From assembly GCA_963668625.2 (NCBI GenBank), contig CAXXKA010000008.1:1334154-1398153 (forward strand): a DNA stretch of 64,000 nucleotides. The letters are read 5' to 3'. Origin of the DNA: an uncultured candidate division Zixibacteria bacterium. Its GTDB lineage: Bacteria > Zixibacteria > MSB-5A5 > UBA10806 > 4484-95. The notes under the pieces were generated by a model. That model searched no databases and was not told the origin of the DNA. It saw only the letters and a list, made by a program, of their open reading frames with translations. Both the position numbers and the translations under genes were made by a program. Of this stretch, positions 39,696 through 49,846 are shown piece after piece (the first letter of the stretch is position 1; each line of letters starts with the position of its first letter).

Positions 39696-39722
39696 TTAAA
39701 GAAACTAGCATTATGACGATAA
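39696..39722 (+). promoter_or_regulatory. Sigma28-like promoter for pilins 4/5, chaperone and usher
   Basis: TTAA-N15-GACGATAA. Confidence 0.45.
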
Positions 39723-39801
39723 GTTAATAAGATTAAGATGTTACGTTTTGAAACGCTTTTTGGCTGAACACGATTCGGGTAGTATTTGGGAAGTATTGAA
39801 G

Positions 39802-40332
39802 TTGAAAAAGAATATTCTACTGGCCACTATAGTTTTTTGCTTGATTATAACCAATAACGTTACTTCTCAAGATGTAGCGGTTGGGTCCGCGACGGTTATT
39901 GGAGTACAGGGAATAACTATAACATCACCACAGGAGCTAGATTTCGGAGACATACTTCAAGGTATACCGAAATCCATCGGCAATAATGATATTTCAGCGG
40001 GTATTTTCGAAATATCCGGACAGAACGAGGCCGGAGTCAATCTTCAGCTCCAGTTACCGGAGTATCTATTTCATACAGGTAGCGGCTCTCGCCTGCGTAT
40101 TATCTTCGGCGATGATGATGTTTCGATAGATACCACAGGCGCCGGTAATCCCCCCGGCATGGATGCCGGCAAAGGCTGGCAAAACGAAAATCCGTTTAAT
40201 CTCCCGGCAGCAACTATCGGTTCCAATGGAACAGATATCTATATCGGCGGCAAGGTGGTGCCCTCGGCCAACCAGAAAGCCGGTGATTATACCGGTAGTA
40301 TAGTTTTGATAGTAGCTTACAATGATTTGTAA
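39802..40332 (+). CDS. Pilin-like subunit 4 (start uncertain, 39748-39802)
   Basis: Signal peptide, ELDFGDI, LPEYL, YIGGKVVP and AGDYTGSIVLIVAY. Confidence 0.7.
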   Translation: MKKNILLATIVFCLIITNNVTSQDVAVGSATVIGVQGITITSPQELDFGDILQGIPKSIGNNDISAGIFEISGQNEAGVNLQLQLPEYLFHTGSGSRLRIIFGDDDVSIDTTGAGNPPGMDAGKGWQNENPFNLPAATIGSNGTDIYIGGKVVPSANQKAGDYTGSIVLIVAYNDL

Positions 40333-40412
40333 TGAAAGTGCTGGAAAATTACTGATAATACGAGTAAGATTGCTGTGATAATCGAGTTCGGAGTTTTAAT
40401 GGAAGAGGTGAT

Positions 40413-40973
40413 ATGAATAAGTCACTGAGGGAAATATCAGCCGGGATACTGGTGATATCGGTTACACTAATACTGGTTGCCGTATCTCCGCCAATCATGT
40501 CGGCTGATTCGGACAATGCGACCTCATCCGCGAGAGTACTTCTTGCTATCACGGTAGTAGCAGAACAGGATTTGAATTTGGGATATGTTTATGGAGGAGT
40601 GCCGAAGTCAATGGGTTACAATGATGATGACTCATCGGCGATTTTCAGTATTACGGGCGAGCCGAGCGCCGGCATAAACCTTCAGTTAATTCTGCCCGAA
40701 TACCTATCATTGCCGGATGGTTCGGCGAGAATACCGATTATATTTTCGGCTACCGATACCGGCGTGGATACCACTGTAGCAAGCCCGTCGACCATGAATG
40801 CCTCTGATGGTTGGATAAACCAGAATCCGCGAGATTTGCCTGCGGGTGCTGTTATCGGAGCCGCCGGCATGACCAGGGTTTACCTCGGCGGAAAAGTAAT
40901 CCCACCCAGCAATCTCAAGGCCGGGACATATAACGGTGATATCGTTTTGAGTGTCTCTTACAATGGAACTTAA
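40413..40973 (+). CDS. Pilin-like subunit 5
   Basis: Signal peptide, DLNLGYV, LPEYL, YLGGKVIP and AGTYNGDIVLSVSY. Confidence 0.72.
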   Translation: MNKSLREISAGILVISVTLILVAVSPPIMSADSDNATSSARVLLAITVVAEQDLNLGYVYGGVPKSMGYNDDDSSAIFSITGEPSAGINLQLILPEYLSLPDGSARIPIIFSATDTGVDTTVASPSTMNASDGWINQNPRDLPAGAVIGAAGMTRVYLGGKVIPPSNLKAGTYNGDIVLSVSYNGT

Positions 40974-41074
40974 AAAATGGTAGTTATTAGTATCAATAAA
41001 TTAACTCATAATTATTCGGTAATACTTATGAGCTTGAAAACAAGATCAAAAGCTAATTCTATAGGAGTTAAGAC

Positions 41075-41947
41075 ATGTTAAAACCTGGAAATCTGACTAC
41101 TGTGGCATTCGGTAGATTTCGCTGGGGATTCGTTATTGCAGCTATACTTTTAGTTTTGCCTTTTCATGAATTGTCGGCGAACGTGCTTGTTTCCCCGACG
41201 GTGGTTTTTATTTCGGATAAAAATCCCACAGGTCGGATTACTTTGCTTAATAGAGGTAATACTCCCCAGGAGGTTTCGGTTTTTTTCAGTTTCGGCTTAC
41301 CAATCTCCGACAGCCTGGGAAACATATCCGTATCGTTTCAGGATTCGGCCGTAACCGATCCTCGCTCCTGTCTCGGCTGGGTTAAGGCTTTTCCGGAAAA
41401 AATAATAATTAATCCTGATGAATCTCAGGTCGTAAGGCTGATGGCGCGTCCGCCGAGCAATTTGCCGGATGGCGAGTATTGGTCGCGTATAATGGTTAGG
41501 TCGCAGAACGCGACAGTTGATGTTCCCGTGGCCGGCGAGCCGGAAGGGATACAGACACAATTGAATATGATAACCGAAATGGCTCTTATGCTCAAATATC
41601 GTACGGGAGACCTTATCTCTAATCTGGAGCTACAAAACACCTCAGCGGAATTCAAGGATTCGATCGTCGAAGTAATGATTGATCTGGAAAACCGTGGTAA
41701 TGTGTCTTACATGGGGATGCTCGAGGCTAGTCTGTACGATAGCGATAATAATGAAGTCAGCAGGAGAATAAATAAGCTTGCCGTCTATCGTCACTTGAAA
41801 AAAAGGGTCGATCTGGATGTCGCTGCCGGCGATTTCAAACCACCGTTCCATGTTGAAGTTAATATCAGCAGTGAGGGGCGTAACGATGTTATGCCTGAGG
41901 ACATGATTACAGGCAATAAGATTTCAGAAAAGATTAATGTAAAATAA
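41075..41947 (+). CDS. Periplasmic fimbrial chaperone (PapD-like)
   Basis: Signal peptide, VSPTVVFI, ITLLNRG, FPEKIIINPDESQVVRL and LPDGEYWSRI, plus a second Ig domain (LENRGNVS). Confidence 0.8.
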   Translation: MLKPGNLTTVAFGRFRWGFVIAAILLVLPFHELSANVLVSPTVVFISDKNPTGRITLLNRGNTPQEVSVFFSFGLPISDSLGNISVSFQDSAVTDPRSCLGWVKAFPEKIIINPDESQVVRLMARPPSNLPDGEYWSRIMVRSQNATVDVPVAGEPEGIQTQLNMITEMALMLKYRTGDLISNLELQNTSAEFKDSIVEVMIDLENRGNVSYMGMLEASLYDSDNNEVSRRINKLAVYRHLKKRVDLDVAAGDFKPPFHVEVNISSEGRNDVMPEDMITGNKISEKINVK

Positions 41948-41982
41948 ATACTTAAAAATAGACATCAATTGATTGAACAAAA

Positions 41983-44568
41983 ATGCTTTTGCGAAGACAT
42001 CAGCTACTAGTAAATATAAATTCCATAGCCTTGATTCTACCGTTGATTATCAGTTTGCCTTTGGTTGGACAAGCTCAACAGCAAAGGACAAATGATCTGG
42101 AGGTAGTCGAAATTGTCGTAAATTTCGAGGTTCGTAAACTGATCAACATGGATATATTCGCTCAATATGATGGTACGAATATTTACTTGCCTTTAATCGA
42201 GATTTTCAAGCACTTAGAATTATATATAGAGGACGACTTTACGAATGAACGATTTTCCGGTTTTATAATATCCAAAAGTGATAAATTCGATATCGATCTG
42301 AGAGAGCGTAAAGTTCGAGCTTTAGGCGAGACATATAATCTATTGCCCTCTGATTACTTTCTTATGCCTCACGAGTTGTATCTGCGGATTGACTTGTTCA
42401 AGCAGTATTTCGATCTGGAAATGGAGTTTACTTTTTCGACACTGCAAGTCAAGCTCCCACTTAACGAAGATTTTCCTTACTATCAAAGAATAAAGCGACA
42501 TCAGGCTCACACGAAGCTCGAAACTAAAAAAGTCATGTTAAGTAATGTAAAACGTTTGCCAAGAAAAAGGGAAAACTTCGGTAGCGGCGTAATCGATTGG
42601 ACGCTTTCTGCCAGTCCTACGAAAGGTGGCGCTCACTATGCCAATCTCGTGTATGGCGGAATGTTGCTTGGAGGAGACTTAAGTGTAACCGCCGGCGGTA
42701 ATTCCGAAACCGGAATAGACAAAAACGAATTAGCTTATAAGTGGCATTACTATTTTAACGAAAATAAATATCTGACTCAGGTTGAAGCCGGAGATATATA
42801 TACCGGGAATTCCCTTTCACGTCGCCTCCTGGGAGGACTAGTCACTAATCGGCCACAGGTACAGCGAAAGCATTTCCAGACCATTAATCTTACGGGCGCG
42901 CCCGGACCTGGCTGGGAAGTCGAACTCTATATCAATAATCAACTCGAAAATGTCGCCTACACCGATAATACGGGCGAGTATAATTTTCAGGTGGATGTTA
43001 TTTATGGAACTACCGAGGTCACCTTGAAAATGTATGGACCTAACGGCGAGATATCCACGGAGCGTAAATACATAGGCGTCCCTTATAACCTGATTCCCAA
43101 AGGCAACTTCGAATATGTTGTGGCTATGGGTGAGGCCGAGGAACCTAATGATGATGGAAAATATGCTCAGGTCAGCAGCGCGTATGGACTTTCCAACCAG
43201 TTAACCCTCGGTGTGAATTCGGACATTCCGTTGATAGCGCAGCCGGGGGAGGAATCGATATTTTCCGGCGAAGCTACTTACCAGTTGATGGAAAATATAA
43301 CGACGAATCTATCCGTCGCACCCGGTTACAATATGAGCATTGCGCAAAATTATAATCATCCGGCATTGATGAATGTGAATTTCAACTATACCAGATACTT
43401 TGAAAACGAATTCAGAAATAAACTCGGACAGATTCATGATTTCGATATTTCCGCATCATCTCCATTGAGAATCGGTCAACGCCGTTTTAGCGTCAAATAT
43501 TCATTATCCTGGAGCAAATTCCCTGACGTGAATAACATCAATATGAACTATGGATTTAATACTTCACTGTTTCGTTTATACATAAACTATTTGGGACGTT
43601 TCAAGATAATAAAATATTCTGACAGATCGGTTAAAAATGCGACCAGTAGACTATTCATTTCCCCTCAGTTTTTGCAATGGATCAGGCCGCAGTTGAATAT
43701 TACGTATGATCATAGTACTCATCAGATGACACAATATGGCATTAACTTGAACAGGCGGGTATTCAAAACAGCTCAATTATCGTTAGCGATTGACAGACAA
43801 GAACTGACCAAATCCATTCAGATAGGCGTAGCTTTGAAGTTTTGGAGTAATTTCGCTGATTTTACCTCACGGCTCAATCATTCGGATGGTTACACCACAA
43901 TATCCCAGGTTCAGAGCGGTTCGATTTGCTTCGACCAGGACGCACGCAGGGTATTTTTCGATCGTAGAAGCAATGTCGGTTATGGCGCTGCGGTAATTCG
44001 CCCGTTTATGGATGATGATTTTAACGGCATTCTCGATGATGGTGAAGAATATATTAATGGAGTAAGGGCGAGAATTAAAGGTGGGCGACAAAGGCGTTTC
44101 GGTGAGGGGCAATATTATTATGAGGGTTTGCAGCCTTATAATCAATATGTAGTACAGATTGACAAGCAAAGCCTGAATAATCCGCTAATCATGCCCACGC
44201 ATGAAAACTACGAGGTCTCATGCAATCCCAATATCGTAACGACCATAAATGTTCCGTTAGTAGCAAGTAGCGATATCAGTGGCCAGGTCTTCAGGCAGGT
44301 TGGTGAAATGCAAACGGGGCAGGGCGGTATTAATTTGATGTTAATCAATCTGAGCAATGAAAGCGTAACCGAAATCACTACTTTTTCGAACGGACAGTTT
44401 TACTATCTTGGTTTGATCCCGGGCGCTTATCGGATGTATATAGATTCCGAGCAGCTTAAAAAATACGGCTATAGATCAGAACCGAACGGTATTGATTTCG
44501 AGATAGAGCCGGTCAAGGGCGGCGCCTCGATCGAGGATATTAATCTTTTACTTATTCCTCTCGAATAG
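41983..44568 (+). CDS. Fimbrial usher-like outer-membrane protein
   Basis: 861 aa with a signal peptide. Usher plug-like motif WEVELYINNQL...GEYNF...YGPNGE...NLIPKGNFEY, beta-strand-rich core, and two C-terminal Ig-like domains (FMDDDFNGILDDGE; NGQFYYLGLIPGAY). Confidence 0.75.
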   Translation: MLLRRHQLLVNINSIALILPLIISLPLVGQAQQQRTNDLEVVEIVVNFEVRKLINMDIFAQYDGTNIYLPLIEIFKHLELYIEDDFTNERFSGFIISKSDKFDIDLRERKVRALGETYNLLPSDYFLMPHELYLRIDLFKQYFDLEMEFTFSTLQVKLPLNEDFPYYQRIKRHQAHTKLETKKVMLSNVKRLPRKRENFGSGVIDWTLSASPTKGGAHYANLVYGGMLLGGDLSVTAGGNSETGIDKNELAYKWHYYFNENKYLTQVEAGDIYTGNSLSRRLLGGLVTNRPQVQRKHFQTINLTGAPGPGWEVELYINNQLENVAYTDNTGEYNFQVDVIYGTTEVTLKMYGPNGEISTERKYIGVPYNLIPKGNFEYVVAMGEAEEPNDDGKYAQVSSAYGLSNQLTLGVNSDIPLIAQPGEESIFSGEATYQLMENITTNLSVAPGYNMSIAQNYNHPALMNVNFNYTRYFENEFRNKLGQIHDFDISASSPLRIGQRRFSVKYSLSWSKFPDVNNINMNYGFNTSLFRLYINYLGRFKIIKYSDRSVKNATSRLFISPQFLQWIRPQLNITYDHSTHQMTQYGINLNRRVFKTAQLSLAIDRQELTKSIQIGVALKFWSNFADFTSRLNHSDGYTTISQVQSGSICFDQDARRVFFDRRSNVGYGAAVIRPFMDDDFNGILDDGEEYINGVRARIKGGRQRRFGEGQYYYEGLQPYNQYVVQIDKQSLNNPLIMPTHENYEVSCNPNIVTTINVPLVASSDISGQVFRQVGEMQTGQGGINLMLINLSNESVTEITTFSNGQFYYLGLIPGAYRMYIDSEQLKKYGYRSEPNGIDFEIEPVKGGASIEDINLLLIPLE

Positions 44569-44671
44569 TATATTTTTATTACTAAGATAACCTCATCGTG
44601 TTTAATCGACAGCCCGGCAGTACGAGCCATGTACTATTCTATTTGCTTCTTTCAAATTCATCCTCGAACGA

Positions 44672-46699
44672 TTATTGATTACCCGAGCGGGTAAATGGAA
44701 TCTTTATTCGCGCCTTCAACCATTCATTATTGATTATCACGGGATCGCCGTTATATGAAAAATCATTTTCGGTTGGTAATTCTAATGCTTTTTCATAAGC
44801 GGCTATTGCTTCGGATCGGCGACCGAGCAGGTCGAGCAGCAGGCCCTGCCAGCCGTAGGCGGAGACGATCCATTCGGATTTTGCCTCCTCGAGCAATTTT
44901 GCTCGGTGTTCGAACGCTGTCAGCGCCTCTTCGTAAAGCGACCAATCATATAGCTGTCTGCCCAGCTTTCCCCAAAATAACGTCTGCTCTATATCCAGGT
45001 CGAGCGCTTTTGCAGCCACTAACTTTAAAGAATCAATATCAGCCCGGGATGGCAATGAGGAGAGCTTTTTGCGAATAGCTTGTTCCTCCAAACTCGGTGA
45101 TGGTTTAACAATCGGAAATTCATGATTGGCGTCGATTACGGCGCTATCGAGTGCGGCTTTACTTTCGAATTGAAGAACGCTGGTAGTCTGAAGTCGTCCC
45201 GTGAATTTAGTCTGCTGGGTATTATCAGAGAAATATGTCGTAACCGGGATCGGCATATCAAGCGTTCCTATTTTCTCTACGATGATATCCGAGATATACC
45301 CGTCATTTTGCGGTGTACATTCCTTCGTTGTTATCTCATAAGCGAGGAACCGGGTGGAGCGGACCCATTGATTGAAAAACCAATTGAGATCCTGACCGCT
45401 TTCCTGCTCACACACGGTTTGGAAATCGTAAAATCCCATGCGTTTCCCGGCAAATTCACGTAAACATCTACTATGAATCCGATCGAATAATTCATCCCCT
45501 AAAAAGCGATTAAGAGCGCTAATAATGCTGTAGCCTTTGCCATGAATAACTACATTGTTAAAATCGAATTCTATATCATCCAAATAGTCGCTGTACACAT
45601 CAGCCCGCGTATCCAGTCCTTCACGAACGCCGTTTATGTATCTGTTCATCAAAGCTATATGCCTGTCGGGAGCCATACCACTATACCTGGTATATTCCCT
45701 ATCCACATATATCCCAAGACCGATCATAAGCCACCCTAATTGATCTGGCGGTTCCGGCATAACATATTCTGTCCAGTATTGATGGCCTATTTCATGAGCG
45801 GTGATCCAACGCCAGTGAAGTTCATCACGCTCGGACATTCTCTCCATTCCGTGAATCACTACGAGATTCGTTGCAGCCGGGTAACCTCCGTTGGGCGAAT
45901 CGACACCCTGGGCAATTTCCAGATGCTTTGAAGGGTAAAATCCGAATCGCTTTTTATAGTATGCTATTACATCGACCGCAGTATTCATCACGAGATTGGC
46001 ACATTCTGCAGCGTCAGGAGTGTGAATTATCCGAACCCTGATACCATCTATTGTTTGCTCTGTGATAGCAGCATCCTTCAAGAAATACACGCCAAATTGT
46101 CGGATACCTTCAGCATGATACGCGCCTGTTTTGGGATTATATATACCACTTGATGCGAGAACGTATTTTGATTTATTTTCAATCCTGGCTATAAAATCAT
46201 CCTGCGCTTGCATCCCCCAATAGATTCGCGGAAACCAATTCGTCCACAGATGCTTATAGTCACCCGGTTCGAAATTATATGTTCTTTCGAATTGTGCCTC
46301 GATCTCTAATTTATGCTTGGGACGTATTGCCCGGGGTAACTTAATGACAACAAGATTATGATAAAGATAAGAGGAAGAGTCGCTTAATACTTTCACGGTT
46401 TTTCCATCCACGGTAATATTCAACTTTTGCAGGCTATCACCGGGCCAGTCAACAGTCAACATTTCTATTGGAAGAGTGGAGTTGTTTTTAAGGGTTATAG
46501 TCTCGGTTCCCGAGACAATAGCTGTGGTGGTATCGAACTTGAACGAACAGGTGATGTTATATTCTGACCCGGGTGGATCGACCGGAGAAAACAACCCTTG
46601 TGTCCGGTGATCTTGAGCTTGTATCAGATTTCCAGAAATGCAAACAAGCACGATAATTATAGAGTTTCGAGCTAAACGTAAAAGCGCGACAATACTCAT
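44672..46699 (-). CDS. M1-family aminopeptidase-like protein with C-terminal TPR
   Basis: Signal peptide, YNITCSF...GTETITLKN, HEIGH, HGKG...LGDELF, SGQDLNWFFNQWV and TPR AIAAYEKALEL. Confidence 0.75.
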   Translation of the reverse strand: MSIVALLRLARNSIIIVLVCISGNLIQAQDHRTQGLFSPVDPPGSEYNITCSFKFDTTTAIVSGTETITLKNNSTLPIEMLTVDWPGDSLQKLNITVDGKTVKVLSDSSSYLYHNLVVIKLPRAIRPKHKLEIEAQFERTYNFEPGDYKHLWTNWFPRIYWGMQAQDDFIARIENKSKYVLASSGIYNPKTGAYHAEGIRQFGVYFLKDAAITEQTIDGIRVRIIHTPDAAECANLVMNTAVDVIAYYKKRFGFYPSKHLEIAQGVDSPNGGYPAATNLVVIHGMERMSERDELHWRWITAHEIGHQYWTEYVMPEPPDQLGWLMIGLGIYVDREYTRYSGMAPDRHIALMNRYINGVREGLDTRADVYSDYLDDIEFDFNNVVIHGKGYSIISALNRFLGDELFDRIHSRCLREFAGKRMGFYDFQTVCEQESGQDLNWFFNQWVRSTRFLAYEITTKECTPQNDGYISDIIVEKIGTLDMPIPVTTYFSDNTQQTKFTGRLQTTSVLQFESKAALDSAVIDANHEFPIVKPSPSLEEQAIRKKLSSLPSRADIDSLKLVAAKALDLDIEQTLFWGKLGRQLYDWSLYEEALTAFEHRAKLLEEAKSEWIVSAYGWQGLLLDLLGRRSEAIAAYEKALELPTENDFSYNGDPVIINNEWLKARIKIPFTRSGNQ

Positions 46700-47071
46700 A
46701 TTTTCCTCCTCTGCATTTCAATAAGCATGGCTGCAGATAAAACGTTCCGTCTTACATTATAAATAACGAAAATACTATCATAGTGTTGCGTCAATCTGAT
46801 AGCTGACAATAAAGAAAAGACCTGTACTTTATTATGTATTGCCAATCCTCATTAGCTGAGGTTATCCATAGCAATATATCCAGTCACATCTACGGGTGAA
46901 CCGGACAATACCGATTGAAATATAGAACAATATTGTTTAAATTAGCAATGTTAATTAATAAAGTCAGAGTGTTGACTGATTTAATGTATTATGGTCCCTG
47001 ACAGTATTATATCTATAATATTTTACATCGAATTCGTAAGATCTTTAAAATATTAGATAAAGAGAGGATGT

Positions 47072-47593
47072 ATGATGAAGGTACCATCACTTGCTATATG
47101 GAGCCTATGTGCGCTTGTCGCTGTTTATGTTGTTTTAGGGATAGCTTGCAATATGGATTCAAAACAGGAGCATAATATGAGTTTCGATAAGACAAAAGAA
47201 ACCGAGGAAGTTACCAGGACGATTAATAATGTTATGGGATGGGCTATAGCTAAAGATTTTGATCTCTTCTTTAAAACTATCGCGGATGATTCCGATTTTA
47301 TAAGTGTTACACCATATGATAGGGTTAAAATCGGCGTGGATGAGGTGAAGCTGGATACATCATTCTGGGGAGATCCCCGGTTTAAAGCGAGACGTCATGA
47401 AATTAGTGATTTGAAAATCGTATTTTCTCGTACCGGCGAGGTGGCCTGGTTCTATTGCAAACTGGATGATATCAACGAGTGGGATGGTGAACCTGCCAAT
47501 TGGGAAAACGTACGCTGGACCGGTGTGTTGGAGAAGCGCAACGGTTGCTGGAGAGTCGTACAACAGCATTTCTCCTGGCCGAAAGACATTTAG
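47072..47593 (+). CDS. SnoaL/NTF2-like protein, possible lipoprotein
   Basis: LGIAC lipobox, GEVAWF and VRWTGVLEKRNGCWRVVQQHFS. Confidence 0.8.
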   Translation: MMKVPSLAIWSLCALVAVYVVLGIACNMDSKQEHNMSFDKTKETEEVTRTINNVMGWAIAKDFDLFFKTIADDSDFISVTPYDRVKIGVDEVKLDTSFWGDPRFKARRHEISDLKIVFSRTGEVAWFYCKLDDINEWDGEPANWENVRWTGVLEKRNGCWRVVQQHFSWPKDI

Positions 47594-47657
47594 CTTGCAA
47601 AGATGATAGTATTACCATATCAATCGTATATCACTTTTAAACAGGGAGAGATAAGTC

Positions 47658-48230
47658 ATGAGTAGATTAAAATCGATTTTGGTTTTACTGATAGCCTTTT
47701 CGGCTATTTCGTTTGCGATTGATTCTTTACTTGTGCCGCAGGGATTACCTCCGCTCCTGAATGGGATAAATGGCGAAAATGAGTGGCTTGATGCGAATGC
47801 AATCGAGTGGGAAGAAGCAGATGGGGCTGTGTTATTAAAACAGGATTCTCTTTATTTTTATATGTGCGTAGACGACTATGATACATCGCACTCAGGTATC
47901 GATCTATTTATTGATAATATGACCGGTGATATGTTTGTTCTTCATGTTTCATCCGCACATGGTCAAAAACGGATGATTGATGATACTTGGGGAGAGATGG
48001 ATTACTGTTCACAGGAGCTGTGGACCTCGAATATCGTTCAGAACATTTTCGTCGATGGCAAAATGAAGTTTCTATCCCCCGAGGTTTTTGAATTCCAGAT
48101 CGATAAAAAACTGCTGACATCAAACACGTTCAAATTTATAATACATTTAAAGCGCCCAGATAAGTGGTATCCTGAATCAGCCGATACGCTCTCATCAAAT
48201 GACTGGATGGAGGTTGAATTGAATCAATGA
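47658..48230 (+). CDS. Hypothetical secreted protein
   Basis: Signal peptide ending SFA. NGINGENEWLDA and LYFYM suggest a DOMON/CBM9-like beta sandwich (weak). GGAG RBS. Confidence 0.6.
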   Translation: MSRLKSILVLLIAFSAISFAIDSLLVPQGLPPLLNGINGENEWLDANAIEWEEADGAVLLKQDSLYFYMCVDDYDTSHSGIDLFIDNMTGDMFVLHVSSAHGQKRMIDDTWGEMDYCSQELWTSNIVQNIFVDGKMKFLSPEVFEFQIDKKLLTSNTFKFIIHLKRPDKWYPESADTLSSNDWMEVELNQ

Positions 48231-48337
48231 TCGGTTTCGTTTTTGTAATCCCAAAATAAATATAATGTATGGCGTCCATTAAGACTAATTGATATAGCTA
48301 TCTAGCTATCAACCAACCAACCCATTAAAAAACATCC

Positions 48338-48366
48338 TTGACGCGAAAAGTAGTAAAGCATATACT
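48338..48366 (+). promoter_or_regulatory. Sigma70 promoter of the BMC operon
   Basis: TTGACG-N17-TATACT, followed by the inverted repeat ATATG-N7-CATAT (48368-48384, possible operator). Confidence 0.7.
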
Positions 48367-48425
48367 AATATGATTAACACATATAATTAGACAAATTCAG
48401 TTGTGATAATATCCAGGGATAAAGA

Positions 48426-49805
48426 ATGAAAATAGCAATTGGCGCCGACCACGGTGGATTTGAACTCAAAGAAAAATTAAAAAAATATATCTCCGAAAAA
48501 GATATAGATATAGAAGACTGCGGCACATATTCCTCGGACCCCGTAGATTACCCGAAATATGCTTATGCCGTAGCTAAGCAAGTCGGCGATGGTCGCTGCA
48601 ACCGTGGGATTATAATCGATGGGGCAGGTATCGGCTCCTGTATGGCTGCTAACAAGGTTGCCGGAGTAAGGGCGGCGCTATGCTACGACCTATCATCGGC
48701 GAACAACAGCCGTGAGCATAACGATGCCAATGTCCTGACCCTGGGAGCCGGCCTTATCGGTCTTGGGCTTGCCAAACAGATTATCGATACCTGGCTTTCC
48801 ACCGACTGTACGGAGGATCGTCATAAAAAACGGGTAGCGATGATAAACGATATCGAAAAAGGCAATCCACCGAAAATAGCCGAGCAACCCACGACAACGG
48901 ATACCTGCGGCGATATTTCCGCAGAGGATCTCCGCAAAATCGCCGGTCGGATACAATCCCTTACTGGCGGATCCTGCCAAACCGTCGATGATAATATCGT
49001 TTGTACTAATGGCAGCACGGTTGTTATTCACTATGGTCATTCGACCGACATCGATCCGGAATCCGTTCAAAAGATAATCGATGCCGGCGCCGGAAGAATA
49101 GGCTATACTCCAAACGGCAAAGATGTACCCTCTGATATTGCCAGCTATATCGATCATACTATACTCAATCCCCAGGCAACCTCGGATGATATCAAGAAGC
49201 TTTGCGAGGAAGCTAAAACTTACAGTTTCGCCTCGGTTTGTGTGAACCCCTGCAATGTTAAACTATGTTCACGAATGCTCAGGGGTACCTCCGTAAAAGT
49301 CTGCTCCGTTGTGGGATTCCCTTTTGGAGCAACGGCTCCCGAGATCAAGGGTATGGAAACTCGTCGCGCTATAAGAGATGGCGCTAAAGAGATCGATATG
49401 GTAATCAATATCGGGGCGTTAAAGGACGGCAACGATGACCTCGTGTTAAAAGATATCAGGGCGGTTACCGATGCCTGCCGGGATGGTAGCGCACATTCGA
49501 AGGTAATTATCGAAGCGGCTATGCTGACTGATGAAGAGAAAATCCGGGCTTGCCGGCTAGCCAAGAAAGCCCGCGCCGACTTCGTTAAAACCTCAACAGG
49601 CTACGGGCCGGGTGGAGCAACCGCTCATGATGTAATGCTGATGAGTGAGGCGGTCAAGGGTACTCAAATGGGAGTAAAAGCGGCCGGAGGAATAAGAAGT
49701 TTAGCTGATGCTCAAAAGATGATAGAGGCGGGCGCAACCAGAATTGGCGCCTCAGCCGGTGTGAAAATAAGCCAGGAAGCCAAGCAGGTTACGATATCCA
49801 GTTAA
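48426..49805 (+). CDS. rpiB-deoC: Fusion of ribose-5-phosphate isomerase B and deoxyribose-phosphate aldolase
   Basis: N-terminal RpiB motifs [28 protein letters not shown] and RHKKRV. C-terminal DeoC motifs [44 protein letters not shown] and RIGAS. Confidence 0.92.
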   Translation: MKIAIGADHGGFELKEKLKKYISEKDIDIEDCGTYSSDPVDYPKYAYAVAKQVGDGRCNRGIIIDGAGIGSCMAANKVAGVRAALCYDLSSANNSREHNDANVLTLGAGLIGLGLAKQIIDTWLSTDCTEDRHKKRVAMINDIEKGNPPKIAEQPTTTDTCGDISAEDLRKIAGRIQSLTGGSCQTVDDNIVCTNGSTVVIHYGHSTDIDPESVQKIIDAGAGRIGYTPNGKDVPSDIASYIDHTILNPQATSDDIKKLCEEAKTYSFASVCVNPCNVKLCSRMLRGTSVKVCSVVGFPFGATAPEIKGMETRRAIRDGAKEIDMVINIGALKDGNDDLVLKDIRAVTDACRDGSAHSKVIIEAAMLTDEEKIRACRLAKKARADFVKTSTGYGPGGATAHDVMLMSEAVKGTQMGVKAAGGIRSLADAQKMIEAGATRIGASAGVKISQEAKQVTISS

Positions 49806-49846
49806 CCGGATCGGCTTAGATCAAATAAATGACATGGGAGGCAATC

